Shown: positions 27,860 to 37,277, counted from the stretch's first letter. The stretch is 64,000 bases of DNA from an uncultured Pseudomonadota bacterium (GCA_903885375.1 CAISIK010000061.1:1224-65223); one strand, 5' to 3'. The notes: a model not told the origin generated them from the letters alone. Made by a program: numbers and translations.

Positions 27860-29419
27860 TCACGCCCCGGGGTGTTGCGCCAGCGCGACGAGCGCATCGA
27901 AGGCGGGCCCGTCGAGCACCACCGGCTCCTTGACCTGGGCTTCCGGCGCGCCTGCCGCCACCCGGGCGTCGCGCCACCGTTCCCAGGCGGACTCCGGCAG
28001 CGCGATGCAGGCGGGCGGGGCGTAGCGCCCCCCCTCTCGACGATCGGCGTACTCCACGTTGACCTCGGCGAGCGCGCGGTCGAAGGCGGCCGCCGATGGC
28101 GCCGCGGAGCCTTCGGGGAGCCCGAGCGCCACCCGGAGGTGCGGCACTTCCTCCCACACGATGCACGCGGAGACGTGCGTGGCCCCGGGAGCCGCGCGGG
28201 CGGTCGCGGCGAGCAGCTGCGCTTCGGTGACGCGCTCGCCCACGGCCGAGAGCTCGGCCGCCGCGCGACCCACGAAGACGAGCCGCGGGGTGCGCCCGGC
28301 GAAGCCGGTCACCCGCACGAGATCGCCCATGTCGTAGCGGAGGAGCCCGGCCTCGGTGCTCACGACGAGGCGGTAGGTGCGCCCCTCCTCGAGCTCCCAG
28401 GCCCAGCGGGGCGCGCCGCCCTCGTCGATGAACTCGAGGAGGTGGCCGTGCAGCCAGGCCACCGGGTCGCCATCATCGACGGGCACGCCGAAGTAGCCCT
28501 CCGAAGCGGAGAGCCCCGCCTCGCGGATGGGCACGTTCGCGCCGAGCGCCGCGGGAACCCGGGCGGCGAAGAAGGCGGCGGGGCCCCCGCGCCACACGTT
28601 CACGCGGCGGAGCGCCCAGGGCCAGGACGGATCGCCGGAGAGGCGGCGCCGCGGGAGCCGACGCTCGCCGGTGCGACGGAGGGTGCCGTCCGCGAGGTCG
28701 GCCACGAGCTCCTCCCACCACTGGTGGAGCCGCCGCGTGTAGAGCAGGATGGTGGAGGGGTTGGCGGCGGTCCAGCTCCGCACGTCGGCGGCCAGCGCGT
28801 GGCGGAGGATGGCGTACTGGCGCGTTTCGGCGTCGTCGAGGAGGTAGGCCGACCAGGGCACCGGAGCGCGCCACCGCACCCAGAAGGGCTGCTCGAGGAA
28901 CATGCGCCCGGTGTTGCTGCCGTAGGGCACGCCCCCCGCGGTGTGGCCGGCCACGGCGGGGGAGACGATGGAGAGGGCGCTGCCGCCGGCGAGCGCTTCG
29001 TCGTCGCGGAGGAGGCCGAGCACCCACAGCCGCTGCGCCGCTGACACGCTGTCGGACCAGGCGCGGGTGACGGGGATGCGCTTGGCCCGGCCGGTCGTGC
29101 CCGTCGTCTGGACGAGTTGGAGGACCGGCGAGGCGGTGAGCACGCCGCGCTCGCCGGCCTCCACGCGGTCGAGCCACGGGAGGAGCTCCGTGTGCGTGCG
29201 CACCGGCACGGCGGCCCGGAACGCCTCCGCCGACAGGCCCGGAGCGAGCCCGTGCTCCCGCCCGAAGGCGCTGCCGTACACCTCCGCGAGGATGGCCGCG
29301 AGTCGCGACCGTTGCGTGGCCTCGGGCTGCGCGAGCCCTCCTTCGAACGCCGCGACCGGCGCGCCGCCGAACGCGCGGAGCAGGCGGTACGGTCCGTTGC
29401 CTTCGTCGGGGAAGAACAC
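27860..29419 (-). CDS. GH3-family (auxin-responsive GH3-like) acyl-acid amido synthetase homologue
   Basis: 519 aa; GTG start. Adenylation motif VQTTGTTGRAKRIPVT and GH3-type length and layout. Confidence 0.8.
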   Translation of the reverse strand: MFFPDEGNGPYRLLRAFGGAPVAAFEGGLAQPEATQRSRLAAILAEVYGSAFGREHGLAPGLSAEAFRAAVPVRTHTELLPWLDRVEAGERGVLTASPVLQLVQTTGTTGRAKRIPVTRAWSDSVSAAQRLWVLGLLRDDEALAGGSALSIVSPAVAGHTAGGVPYGSNTGRMFLEQPFWVRWRAPVPWSAYLLDDAETRQYAILRHALAADVRSWTAANPSTILLYTRRLHQWWEELVADLADGTLRRTGERRLPRRRLSGDPSWPWALRRVNVWRGGPAAFFAARVPAALGANVPIREAGLSASEGYFGVPVDDGDPVAWLHGHLLEFIDEGGAPRWAWELEEGRTYRLVVSTEAGLLRYDMGDLVRVTGFAGRTPRLVFVGRAAAELSAVGERVTEAQLLAATARAAPGATHVSACIVWEEVPHLRVALGLPEGSAAPSAAAFDRALAEVNVEYADRREGGRYAPPACIALPESAWERWRDARVAAGAPEAQVKEPVVLDGPAFDALVALAQHPGA

Positions 29420-29484
29420 GCTCGCGGGGTAACTCTTGACGGTAGCGGGCGGAGGGCGGGTCCGTTAGCTTCGGCCCCTTCGGG

Positions 29485-31461
29485 ATGGTGATGCGCACCG
29501 GGGATACCGTTCGCGACGGGCAGGGCAATGCCTATCAAGTGGGGCAGCTCCTCGGGCGTGGCCTGTGGGGCAAGTCCTTCCTCGCCCGCCGTGAGGCGAA
29601 CGATCACCTCTACGTCCTGAAGGTGCCGCTGGCGCCGGAGGATCTGCGGGGGGATGGCGCCGCGCCGGATGTGTTCTTCAACGGCTGCCGCGAAGCGCTG
29701 ATGGAGCAGGCCCGCCTCTACGAGCAGGGCCAGCTCCCGATGCTCCCCCGCCTCGAGGCGAGGTTCACGGCGCCCGATGGCCAGCCGGCCATGCTGCTGC
29801 CGCGGCTCGGCGAATCGCTGGAGCGTCGCATCGCCGCCGGTCTTCCCGTGGGCGCGTTGATCGACGTGCTCCTGGCCGTGGCGAAAGAGGTGCGTCGCAT
29901 GCCACCGGAGAGCGCGGGTGCGCCGGGCGTGCACGGCGGCCTGCGCCCCCAGAACATCCTCTTCTCCGAGAGCGGCGAGGTGATCCTCACCGACCTCGCC
30001 ACCCCCGCCGTGCGGAAGCATGCCGCGGCGTGCAGCCACCTCCTCCCGGGCGGGAACCCCTGGTTGCCGCCCGAGATCGTTGGCGCGAACAGCCCCACCG
30101 TGTGGTCCCCCGCGGTGGACACCTGGGCGCTGGCCATGATCCTCTGGCGAGGCGTGGTGGGCCCGGAGCAGCCGGTGGCCTGGCCCGCGCGCGGGCTCGA
30201 CAAGGGCGCGGTCAGCGCGGTGAAGGACCGCCTGATCGACCGGATGAAGACCGAGGACAGCAACCCGCGCTTCCATGGCCGCCTCGCCGAACGGTTCGGC
30301 GTGCTCCTCTCTCGCGCGCTGTCGCTCGAGGTCGCGCCCTCGCCGCCCTACCGCTTCGTGCGGCTCGACGAGTTCGAGCAGCGCCTCGAAGAGCTCGCCG
30401 CGCTCGTGCGCCCGCAGGTCACCAACGTGGGCAAGGTGCTGCACGAGCGGCCGCCTTCGCGCCCGTGGTTCAGCACCGACGAGGCGGTGAGCTTCTCGGT
30501 CACCGTGGGCGCCACGGCGGGTGTGGAAGGGCGCGATGAGATCGGCGTGGGCATCGCGGTGTTCGACCTCGCGAAGGACGAGCGCGTGAAGTCGCTCGAC
30601 CTCGGCTACACCGCCGACAAGCACTCCTCCGGTCGTTACCGCTTCGCGTTCAAGGTGAACGGCCTCACCCCCGGGCCCTACCGCGCCCGGGTGGCGTTCG
30701 CGATCCGGGACAGCGGGCAGCCGCCCGCCACGGCCGAGACCGAGTTCGAAGTGCGCGCCGCCCCCGGGTGGGTGCCGCCGGCCGAGCCTCCGCCCACCGG
30801 TCAGCCCCTGCAGTTCCAGCGGGAGCACACCCAGGCCACCGTGCCGCGCATGGAGCCGGCCGATCCCAGCGTCACGCCCGCGATGGGAACGGTGATTCCG
30901 CCCCGCTTCGATGCGCCCGCGGCCAGCCCGCCGCCCGGTTCGACACCGACCGCGCCGCCCTTCCCGAGCGCGCCGCGGTGGTCGCCGCCCGTGCCCGATT
31001 CGGCGGTTGGTAGCGGCGATACGCTCGTGCCCGCGCTGCGCGTCGAGCCGGCGGAGGAGCCCGCGCCCACCCCGCTGCGCGTGCCGAAGCCGCTGCTGCC
31101 CCCCTCGATGGATGCGCCCGAGCCCGTGGCGCCCCCGCGGGCGCCGATCGCGCCCGCCCCGATCGCCACCCCGCTGCCTCCTGCGCCGGCCGCCATGGGC
31201 GGCCCCTCGGCACCGGAGGAGCCCGTGTTCGAGCCCCCCCGGAACTGGACCTACGAGCCCATCCCCCGGGCGAAGGCCACCACTTCCGCCCAGCGCGAAG
31301 AAGACCCGCCCTCGCAGATCGAGCCCGAGGAGGACGGCGAGCCAGGCCCGATCCAGCGCTTCTTCGAGAGCGCGAAGAACGATCCCTTCGTGCTGGTGAT
31401 GGTGTCCCTCGGCGCCCTCAGTCTCGCCCTCGTCATCGTGTACCTCGTCATTCGGAGCTGA
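29485..31461 (+). CDS. Tail-anchored Ser/Thr-kinase-like protein (predicted pseudokinase)
   Basis: 658 aa. Gly-loop GRGLWG, VAIK-like YVLKV, DFG-like TDLA and APE-like PPE are present, but the HRD box reads HGGLRPQN (29932-29940). Followed by a beta-rich middle region, a Pro-rich segment and a terminal TM helix FVLVMVSLGALSLALVIVYLVI. Confidence 0.75.
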   Translation: MVMRTGDTVRDGQGNAYQVGQLLGRGLWGKSFLARREANDHLYVLKVPLAPEDLRGDGAAPDVFFNGCREALMEQARLYEQGQLPMLPRLEARFTAPDGQPAMLLPRLGESLERRIAAGLPVGALIDVLLAVAKEVRRMPPESAGAPGVHGGLRPQNILFSESGEVILTDLATPAVRKHAAACSHLLPGGNPWLPPEIVGANSPTVWSPAVDTWALAMILWRGVVGPEQPVAWPARGLDKGAVSAVKDRLIDRMKTEDSNPRFHGRLAERFGVLLSRALSLEVAPSPPYRFVRLDEFEQRLEELAALVRPQVTNVGKVLHERPPSRPWFSTDEAVSFSVTVGATAGVEGRDEIGVGIAVFDLAKDERVKSLDLGYTADKHSSGRYRFAFKVNGLTPGPYRARVAFAIRDSGQPPATAETEFEVRAAPGWVPPAEPPPTGQPLQFQREHTQATVPRMEPADPSVTPAMGTVIPPRFDAPAASPPPGSTPTAPPFPSAPRWSPPVPDSAVGSGDTLVPALRVEPAEEPAPTPLRVPKPLLPPSMDAPEPVAPPRAPIAPAPIATPLPPAPAAMGGPSAPEEPVFEPPRNWTYEPIPRAKATTSAQREEDPPSQIEPEEDGEPGPIQRFFESAKNDPFVLVMVSLGALSLALVIVYLVIRS

Positions 31462-31467
31462 CTCTTC

Positions 31468-32931
31468 ATGCGTACCTCTTTCTCCAGCGATCGCGCCGCC
31501 AAGACCGCGGCCGATGTGCTCGCCGTCTTCGTTCCCGCCGGTCGTGTGGCGGGCTGCCTCGCCGACCTCGATGCCACCGATGCCTATGCGGGCTCGCTCG
31601 CGGGCGCGGCCCGGGATGATGGCTTCGAGGGCCGTCCGGCCTCCACGTTCGTGCTCCCCGGCCTCGGCCGCGTGGCCGCCAAGCGGGTGGTGCTCGTGGG
31701 TGCGGGCGCCGGTTCGGCCTCCGATCTGCGCGGCGCCGCCGGTGCGCTCGGCAAGCTCGTTCGGGAGAAGGGCGCCCGCAAGGTGGCGGTCCTCTCGCCC
31801 GAGGCGGCCATCGCCGGCGAAACGCTGTCGCTGATGATCGAGGCCTTCGCCGAGGGCAACTACCGCTTCGACAAGTACAAGCCGGTGGCGCAGCGAAAGG
31901 CCGCGGCCGAGGAGCTGTGCTTCGTGGGGGTGGCGGCCGATGCCGCCGCCGTGGCCACCGCCGAGGCGCTCGCCGCCGGTCAGGAGCTGGCCCGCAACCT
32001 CGTGAACGAGCCCGCCGCCGAAATCTACCCCGACACGCTGGCCGCCGTGGCCGAGTCGCTCCAGGGCGGCGAGGTCTCCGTCGTGGCTTCCCTCGGCTTC
32101 GCGGAAATCCAGGCGAAGGGCATGGGCGGCATCGTGGGCGTGGGTCAGGGCAGCGCGCGCAAGCCCCGCTTCGTGCACCTCCGATACGAGCCCGCGGGCG
32201 GGGCGAAGGCCCACGTGGCGCTGGTGGGCAAGGGCGTGACCTTCGACTCCGGCGGTCTCTCCATCAAGCCCAGCGATGGCATGCTCACGATGCGGTGCGA
32301 CATGGCCGGCGCCGCCGCCGTGATCGGCACCATGAAGGCCATCGCCGCCACGCGCCCCAACGTGCGGGTCGACGTGATCTTCGGCGCCGTCGAGAACATG
32401 CCCAGCAGCAACGCCTACAAGCTCGGCGACATCCTCACGATGTACAGCGGCAAGCGCGTGGAGATCCACAACACCGACGCCGAAGGGCGTCTGGTGCTCG
32501 CCGACTGCCTGCACTACGCGAGCGAGCTCAAGCCCGATGTGGTGGTCGACCTCGCCACGCTCACCGGCGCGGCGGTGGTGGCCCTCGGCGACTGGTACAG
32601 CGCGCTGTACTCCCGCGAGGACAGCACGGCCGCCGGCCTGCTCGGCGCCGCCGAGCGCTCGGGTGAAGGCGCCTGGCGCATGCCGCTGCCCGACCTCTAC
32701 CGCGACAAGATCAAGGCCGAGTGGGGCGAGACCAAGAACACCGGCGGCCGGGCTGCGGGCAGCATCACCGCGGCGCTCTTCCTGAGCGACTTCGTGACCA
32801 CCCCCAAGTGGGCCCACATCGACATCGCCGGCCCCGCCTTCATGGACAGCCCGCTGCTGCACTACGTGCAGGGCGGCACCGGCATCATGGTGCGCACCCT
32901 CACGCGGTGGATCACGAGCCTCGGCGCGTAG
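31468..32931 (+). CDS. pepA: Leucyl aminopeptidase (M17)
   Basis: 487 aa; M17 signature NTDAEGRLVLAD and VGKGVTFDSGG block. Confidence 0.95.
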   Translation: MRTSFSSDRAAKTAADVLAVFVPAGRVAGCLADLDATDAYAGSLAGAARDDGFEGRPASTFVLPGLGRVAAKRVVLVGAGAGSASDLRGAAGALGKLVREKGARKVAVLSPEAAIAGETLSLMIEAFAEGNYRFDKYKPVAQRKAAAEELCFVGVAADAAAVATAEALAAGQELARNLVNEPAAEIYPDTLAAVAESLQGGEVSVVASLGFAEIQAKGMGGIVGVGQGSARKPRFVHLRYEPAGGAKAHVALVGKGVTFDSGGLSIKPSDGMLTMRCDMAGAAAVIGTMKAIAATRPNVRVDVIFGAVENMPSSNAYKLGDILTMYSGKRVEIHNTDAEGRLVLADCLHYASELKPDVVVDLATLTGAAVVALGDWYSALYSREDSTAAGLLGAAERSGEGAWRMPLPDLYRDKIKAEWGETKNTGGRAAGSITAALFLSDFVTTPKWAHIDIAGPAFMDSPLLHYVQGGTGIMVRTLTRWITSLGA

Positions 32932-32948
32932 GCGGACTGCGCCTTCTC

Positions 32949-33773
32949 CTACTTGCCCAGCAGATGGAGGATCTTGCGGTAGGCGTCGCGTTTGCTGAGG
33001 CCGGTGGCCTCGGCCAGCGCGTCGCGCGCGCTGCGGGCATCCATGCCGCGGTCCAGCAGGGTGCGGGCGAGGGCATCGGCGTCGGCCACGAGCGGCGCCT
33101 CCACCGGGGGCCCCAGCAGCAGGACGACCTCGCCGCGGGTTTCGCTGCCCAGCTCGGCGCGCACCTCGCTGGCCGTGCCGCGCAGCCACTGCTCGTGGGT
33201 GCGCGTGATGTTGCGGGCCACGCAAACGGGGCGGTCGTTCCAGTGCTGCGTGAGCCACTCGAGGGTGGCCGCGAGGCGCAAGGGGGACTCGAAGAACACG
33301 AGCGTAGCGCGCAGGCCGCGGAGCTCGTCCACCAGGGTGAGGCGCGGCCCGGCGTCGCGCGGGAAGAAGCCGCCGTACCAGAAACGGTCCACCGGGAGGC
33401 CGGCGCCGGTGAGGGCGGCGATGGGGGCGCAGGCGCCGGGCACGATGTCGACGGGGATGCCCGCTTCGAGCGCGGCGCGCACGAGCCGGAAGCCGGGGTC
33501 GTTCACCATCGGGGTGCCGGCCTCGCTCACGAGCGCGATGTGCTGGCCCCGCTGGAGGCGGCTGAGCACCTCCTCGAGCCGGCCGCCCTCGTTGTGGTCG
33601 TGGAAGCTGAAACAGCGCGCGGTCTGGCCGTGGTGCGCCAGCAGGGCCGAGGTGGTGCGGGTGTCCTCGCAGGCTATGGCATCGGCCTCGCGGAGGATGC
33701 GCAGCGCGCGGATCGTGATGTCGTCGGCGTTTCCGATGGGCACCGACACGACGGAGAGGCGGCCAGGCGTCAT
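32949..33773 (-). CDS. rsmI: 16S rRNA (cytidine1402-2'-O)-methyltransferase
   Basis: 274 aa from ATG 33773, which forms an ATGA overlap with the upstream stop. GNADDITIRALRILREADAIACEDTR and SEAGTP..DPG blocks of RsmI. Confidence 0.9.
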   Translation of the reverse strand: MTPGRLSVVSVPIGNADDITIRALRILREADAIACEDTRTTSALLAHHGQTARCFSFHDHNEGGRLEEVLSRLQRGQHIALVSEAGTPMVNDPGFRLVRAALEAGIPVDIVPGACAPIAALTGAGLPVDRFWYGGFFPRDAGPRLTLVDELRGLRATLVFFESPLRLAATLEWLTQHWNDRPVCVARNITRTHEQWLRGTASEVRAELGSETRGEVVLLLGPPVEAPLVADADALARTLLDRGMDARSARDALAEATGLSKRDAYRKILHLLGK

Positions 33774-34744
33774 GAGGGTTCGGCCTGGGCCCAGGTGCAG
33801 ACGGACACGCCGGCCACCACATGGCTGCGTTCGGCCGGGGCAAGCACGAACCCGCGCGAATCGGCCACCACCTCCTCCAGCAGAACGCCGGAAAAGCCGC
33901 GCACCTCGGCCACCACCTGCCCGCGCTCCAGAAGCACGCCCGCGCGCGTACGCGGCAGCAGCAGTCCGGTCGTGCTCGCGCGGGGACCGTTCTCGCGGCG
34001 CCACGGCCCGCCGGGTACGCGCTGGGGGTGGGCGGCCGACGGAGAGGCGAGCATGCCGAGGCTGGTGAGGGTGCCGAGGACGGCGCGCACCGTGAGGTCC
34101 ACAGCGTCGGGGTCGAGCACGAGGCGGGGGCCGGCTTCGATGGTGACCGCGGGAATCCGCAGGCGGTTGAGCGCGGCGCCCGACAGGCTGCGATCGAGCC
34201 GGAAGCGGAGGTAGCGGTCGTCGGGGTATTCGTTGACGACGGTGAGGCCGGTGGCCTCGGCGGCCGACAGCGAGGCGGCTTCGAGCGTGCGGCGGGGCTC
34301 GCCCTTGAGGGAGGCCGCGCGGTCCACCAGCGCGTAGGGCAGCGCCCCGGGGGCATCGGCGTGCAGATCGACGAGCAAGTCGGGTTGGCGGGCCGCGATG
34401 TCGGTCCACGCGGCGTGGGCGAGGCGCTCGGCGGGCGTGCCCGCGGGATCGCCCGGGAACTGGCGGTTGAGGTCCTGGTCATCCTCGGGGACGCGGCGCA
34501 CGCGCCGCTCGAGCCCGTCGGGGTTCAAGCTCGGGTAGATGTGCACGGCGCCGTGCAGGAGCTCCGACTCGAGGATCGGCAGGAGGCGCAACGCCGCGCC
34601 CGACCCGGTGCACTCATCGCCGTGCACGTTGGCGGTGACGACCACGACGGGGCCACGCTCGGCGCGGGTGTGCGGGGTGACGGTGACCACGTAGAGGTCG
34701 CCGCCGCGCCCGCCGTAGCTCACCCGCGAAACGCTGCGCGGCAT
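33770..34744 (-). CDS. Succinylglutamate desuccinylase/aspartoacylase-family (M14-like) zinc deacylase
   Basis: 324 aa from ATG 34744 (TGATG overlap). Zn motif NVHGDECTG, plus LNRQFPG and DLHAD blocks typical of the AstE/AspA family. Confidence 0.7.
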   Translation of the reverse strand: MPRSVSRVSYGGRGGDLYVVTVTPHTRAERGPVVVVTANVHGDECTGSGAALRLLPILESELLHGAVHIYPSLNPDGLERRVRRVPEDDQDLNRQFPGDPAGTPAERLAHAAWTDIAARQPDLLVDLHADAPGALPYALVDRAASLKGEPRRTLEAASLSAAEATGLTVVNEYPDDRYLRFRLDRSLSGAALNRLRIPAVTIEAGPRLVLDPDAVDLTVRAVLGTLTSLGMLASPSAAHPQRVPGGPWRRENGPRASTTGLLLPRTRAGVLLERGQVVAEVRGFSGVLLEEVVADSRGFVLAPAERSHVVAGVSVCTWAQAEPS

Positions 34745-35961
34745 CAGTCGGCCTCCATGACCCAGAACTTCAGGTAGCGGCTCTCGGGGAAGTGCAGCGC
34801 GGCGGGATGGTCCGGGCCGGTGGTGCCCTCGTGGATCAGCCTGAGCCGGCGCTCGGCGCGGTCGGCGCCTTCGGCGAGCGCAGCGCCGAAGTGTTTGGGG
34901 GACTGCGTGCCGAGGTTGCTCGCGGCGATGAGCCAGCCACCGGGTTCGAGCACGCGCAGGCAGGCGGCCGACAGCCGCGGCCACTCCTTTTCGCCCTGCC
35001 ACACCCCCGCCTCGCTGTGGCTGTACCCGGGCGGGTCGACCACCACCCGGTCGAACTTCCGGCCCTGGCGGCGGAGGCGATCGAGCGTCTTGAACACATC
35101 CTCCGCGTAGAGCTCGCCGGGGTCGAGCTCGTTGAGCTCGAAGTTGCGGCGCATGCGCGCGAGGTAGGCCTCCGAGAGGTCCACGCTCACCACCTCGGCG
35201 GCGCCGTGCGTCCGCGCGCTCACCGAGAAGGCGCCGGTGTGCGCGAAGAGGTTCAACACCCGGGTGCCCTTCCAGTGGGGCGCGAGCCAGGCGCGGTTCT
35301 GGCGCATGTCGGTGAAGAGGCCGGCGTCCTTGCCGAGCGAGGGGCGCACCTCGTAGGCGAGGCCCAGCTCGCGCACGGTGACATCCTCGGGGCCGGCGCC
35401 GAAGAGCCGGCGGGGAGGGGGGAGGCGCCCGGCGGTGTCGCGCGGGTCGCGCCGCTCGGCCAGCCACGCGCCGGTCAGCCCGGGCACCTGCTCGCGGAGG
35501 GCGGCGGCGAGCTGCCCCGCGAGGTCCACCAGCGAGGCGCTGTCCACGCTCACTACGAGCTCGGGGCCCCAGCGGTCGGCCCGGAGGCCGGGCAGGTCGT
35601 CGCTCTCGGCGTTGACGAGCCGAAGGGCGGTGGTGTCGGCGTCGACGTGCGCGCGCGCGCGGAGCGTGGCGACCACGCGCTCGGCGAGCCAGGCGGAATC
35701 GAGCGGGCCGGGGGTGGTGCGGAAGCGGCGGGCCGCGATCCAGCCGGTGTCGGCGATGGCGGTGCCGAGGCTCGAGCCGCCCTCGCCGCGGAGCTCCACG
35801 GCTTCCCCCGGGCGCGCCCGGCCGCGCACGACCTCGGCGGGGTACACCCAGGGAAAGCCGCGCTTCAGCCACCCCGTGCTGTAGGCATTCACCACCAGCC
35901 CGCTGGCCGAGCTACGATCGGCCTCGGCAGGGAGCCTCGGAGTGGAACGACCGCCCTTCAT
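34744..35961 (-). CDS. rlmI: 23S rRNA m5C methyltransferase (RlmI-like, PUA + class I SAM MTase)
   Basis: 405 aa; N-terminal LKRGFPWVY (PUA-like); SAM-binding VLNLFAHTGAFSV and catalytic VVDPPGYS. Confidence 0.8.
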   Translation of the reverse strand: MKGGRSTPRLPAEADRSSASGLVVNAYSTGWLKRGFPWVYPAEVVRGRARPGEAVELRGEGGSSLGTAIADTGWIAARRFRTTPGPLDSAWLAERVVATLRARAHVDADTTALRLVNAESDDLPGLRADRWGPELVVSVDSASLVDLAGQLAAALREQVPGLTGAWLAERRDPRDTAGRLPPPRRLFGAGPEDVTVRELGLAYEVRPSLGKDAGLFTDMRQNRAWLAPHWKGTRVLNLFAHTGAFSVSARTHGAAEVVSVDLSEAYLARMRRNFELNELDPGELYAEDVFKTLDRLRRQGRKFDRVVVDPPGYSHSEAGVWQGEKEWPRLSAACLRVLEPGGWLIAASNLGTQSPKHFGAALAEGADRAERRLRLIHEGTTGPDHPAALHFPESRYLKFWVMEAD

Positions 35962-37264
35962 GCACTCATCCGCGGGGCTGGTCGGGGAATTCTACCAGCT
36001 CGTCCTGGCGGCCACCTACCATGGCGACGGCCTCTGGGGGGATGCGACCTTCGACCTCTACGCGCGCGGGATGCCTTCCTCGTGGGGCTACATGGTGGCC
36101 GCCGGCCTCGAACCGGTGCTGCAGATGCTCGAGGGGTTCGCGTTCTCCGAGGCGGAGGTGGCCGCGCTACAGGCGCTACCGCCGTTCGCGCGGGTGCCCG
36201 GCGCGTTCTTCGATGCGCTCCGCCGGCTTCGTTTCGAAGGGGAGGTGATGGCCGTGCCGGAGGGAACGCCCATGTTCCCCAACGAGCCGCTCCTGCGCAT
36301 CACGGCGCCGCTCTGGGTCGTCACCCTCCTCGAAACGCGGCTGATCCAGATCGTCGGCTTCTCCACCGCCGTGGCTACGCGCGCCGCCCGGCTCGTGGAT
36401 GTCGCGGAGGGCCGCGCCGTCTACGACTTCGGCTCGCGGCGCTGCGCGGGCGGGGAGAGCTCTCTCCTTGCGGCGCGGTCCGCCTGGATCGGCGGCGTGG
36501 CGGGCACCACCAACGCCAATGCCATCGTCTCGCTCGGCGTGCCGGCGTTCGGCACCATGTCCGACACCTTCCTCGCCTCCTACCCCGCCGACCGCGCGGC
36601 CTACGATGCCTTCCGGGTGCGCTTCCCCACCCTCGGCCACTACACCCTCCCCGACGACGATCCGCTCGATGGCGTGCTCCGCTTCGCGCGGTTCCACGAC
36701 GAGGTCCGGCTCGTTCGCATCGACCACGACGATCTGGCCGGCCTCTCGCGGAGCGTGCGCGCGAGCCTCGATGCCGGCGGCATGCGCGACACCCGCATCC
36801 TCGGCTCCGGCCACCTCGACGAGGCGGCGATCGCCCGCCTGGTCCGCTCCGGCGCGCCCATCGACATGTTCGCCGTGGGCCGGGCGCTCGGCGGCATGAC
36901 CGAGGATGGCATGCGCCTCGCCTTTCGCCTCGCGGAGCTCCAGCGCGGCGTCGGTTCGGCGCCGGTCACCCGTCCGGGGAGCAGCGCGTACCCGGGGCGG
37001 AAGCAGGTGGTTCGTTTCGCCGACCACGATCTCCTCTGCCTCGAAGCCGAGGCCAGCGCCTATTCGCGCTCCGGCTGGCCGCTCTTGCGCGCGTTCATGA
37101 CGGGCGGGGCGCGTACCGGTGCCGCCGAACCGCTCACCTCCACTCGGGACCGCCGCGCGGCGATGGTCGCGGCGTTGCCCCCGGGCCTGCGCGGTATCCA
37201 GGCCACCGACACCCGCGAGGTTCGCATCAGCGACCGGCTCGCCCACCTCACCCTGGCCGGCTGA
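35960..37264 (+). CDS. pncB: Nicotinate phosphoribosyltransferase-like
   Basis: ATG 35960 (alternative GTG 35942). N-terminal GEFYQLVLAATY..ATFDLYAR plus FGSRR and GTTN blocks of the NAPRTase family. Confidence 0.8.
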   Translation: MHSSAGLVGEFYQLVLAATYHGDGLWGDATFDLYARGMPSSWGYMVAAGLEPVLQMLEGFAFSEAEVAALQALPPFARVPGAFFDALRRLRFEGEVMAVPEGTPMFPNEPLLRITAPLWVVTLLETRLIQIVGFSTAVATRAARLVDVAEGRAVYDFGSRRCAGGESSLLAARSAWIGGVAGTTNANAIVSLGVPAFGTMSDTFLASYPADRAAYDAFRVRFPTLGHYTLPDDDPLDGVLRFARFHDEVRLVRIDHDDLAGLSRSVRASLDAGGMRDTRILGSGHLDEAAIARLVRSGAPIDMFAVGRALGGMTEDGMRLAFRLAELQRGVGSAPVTRPGSSAYPGRKQVVRFADHDLLCLEAEASAYSRSGWPLLRAFMTGGARTGAAEPLTSTRDRRAAMVAALPPGLRGIQATDTREVRISDRLAHLTLAG

Positions 37265-37277
37265 GCCGGCGCAGCGG

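Noticed and set aside
28600-34482. Giant 1960-aa minus-strand ORF, the longest in the track
   Set aside because: It runs antisense or out of frame across five well-supported genes (GH3, kinase-like, pepA, rsmI, deacylase). Its composition is dominated by Arg/Gly/Ala/Pro/His with no recognisable motif. This is the typical stop-codon-poor shadow frame of very GC-rich DNA.
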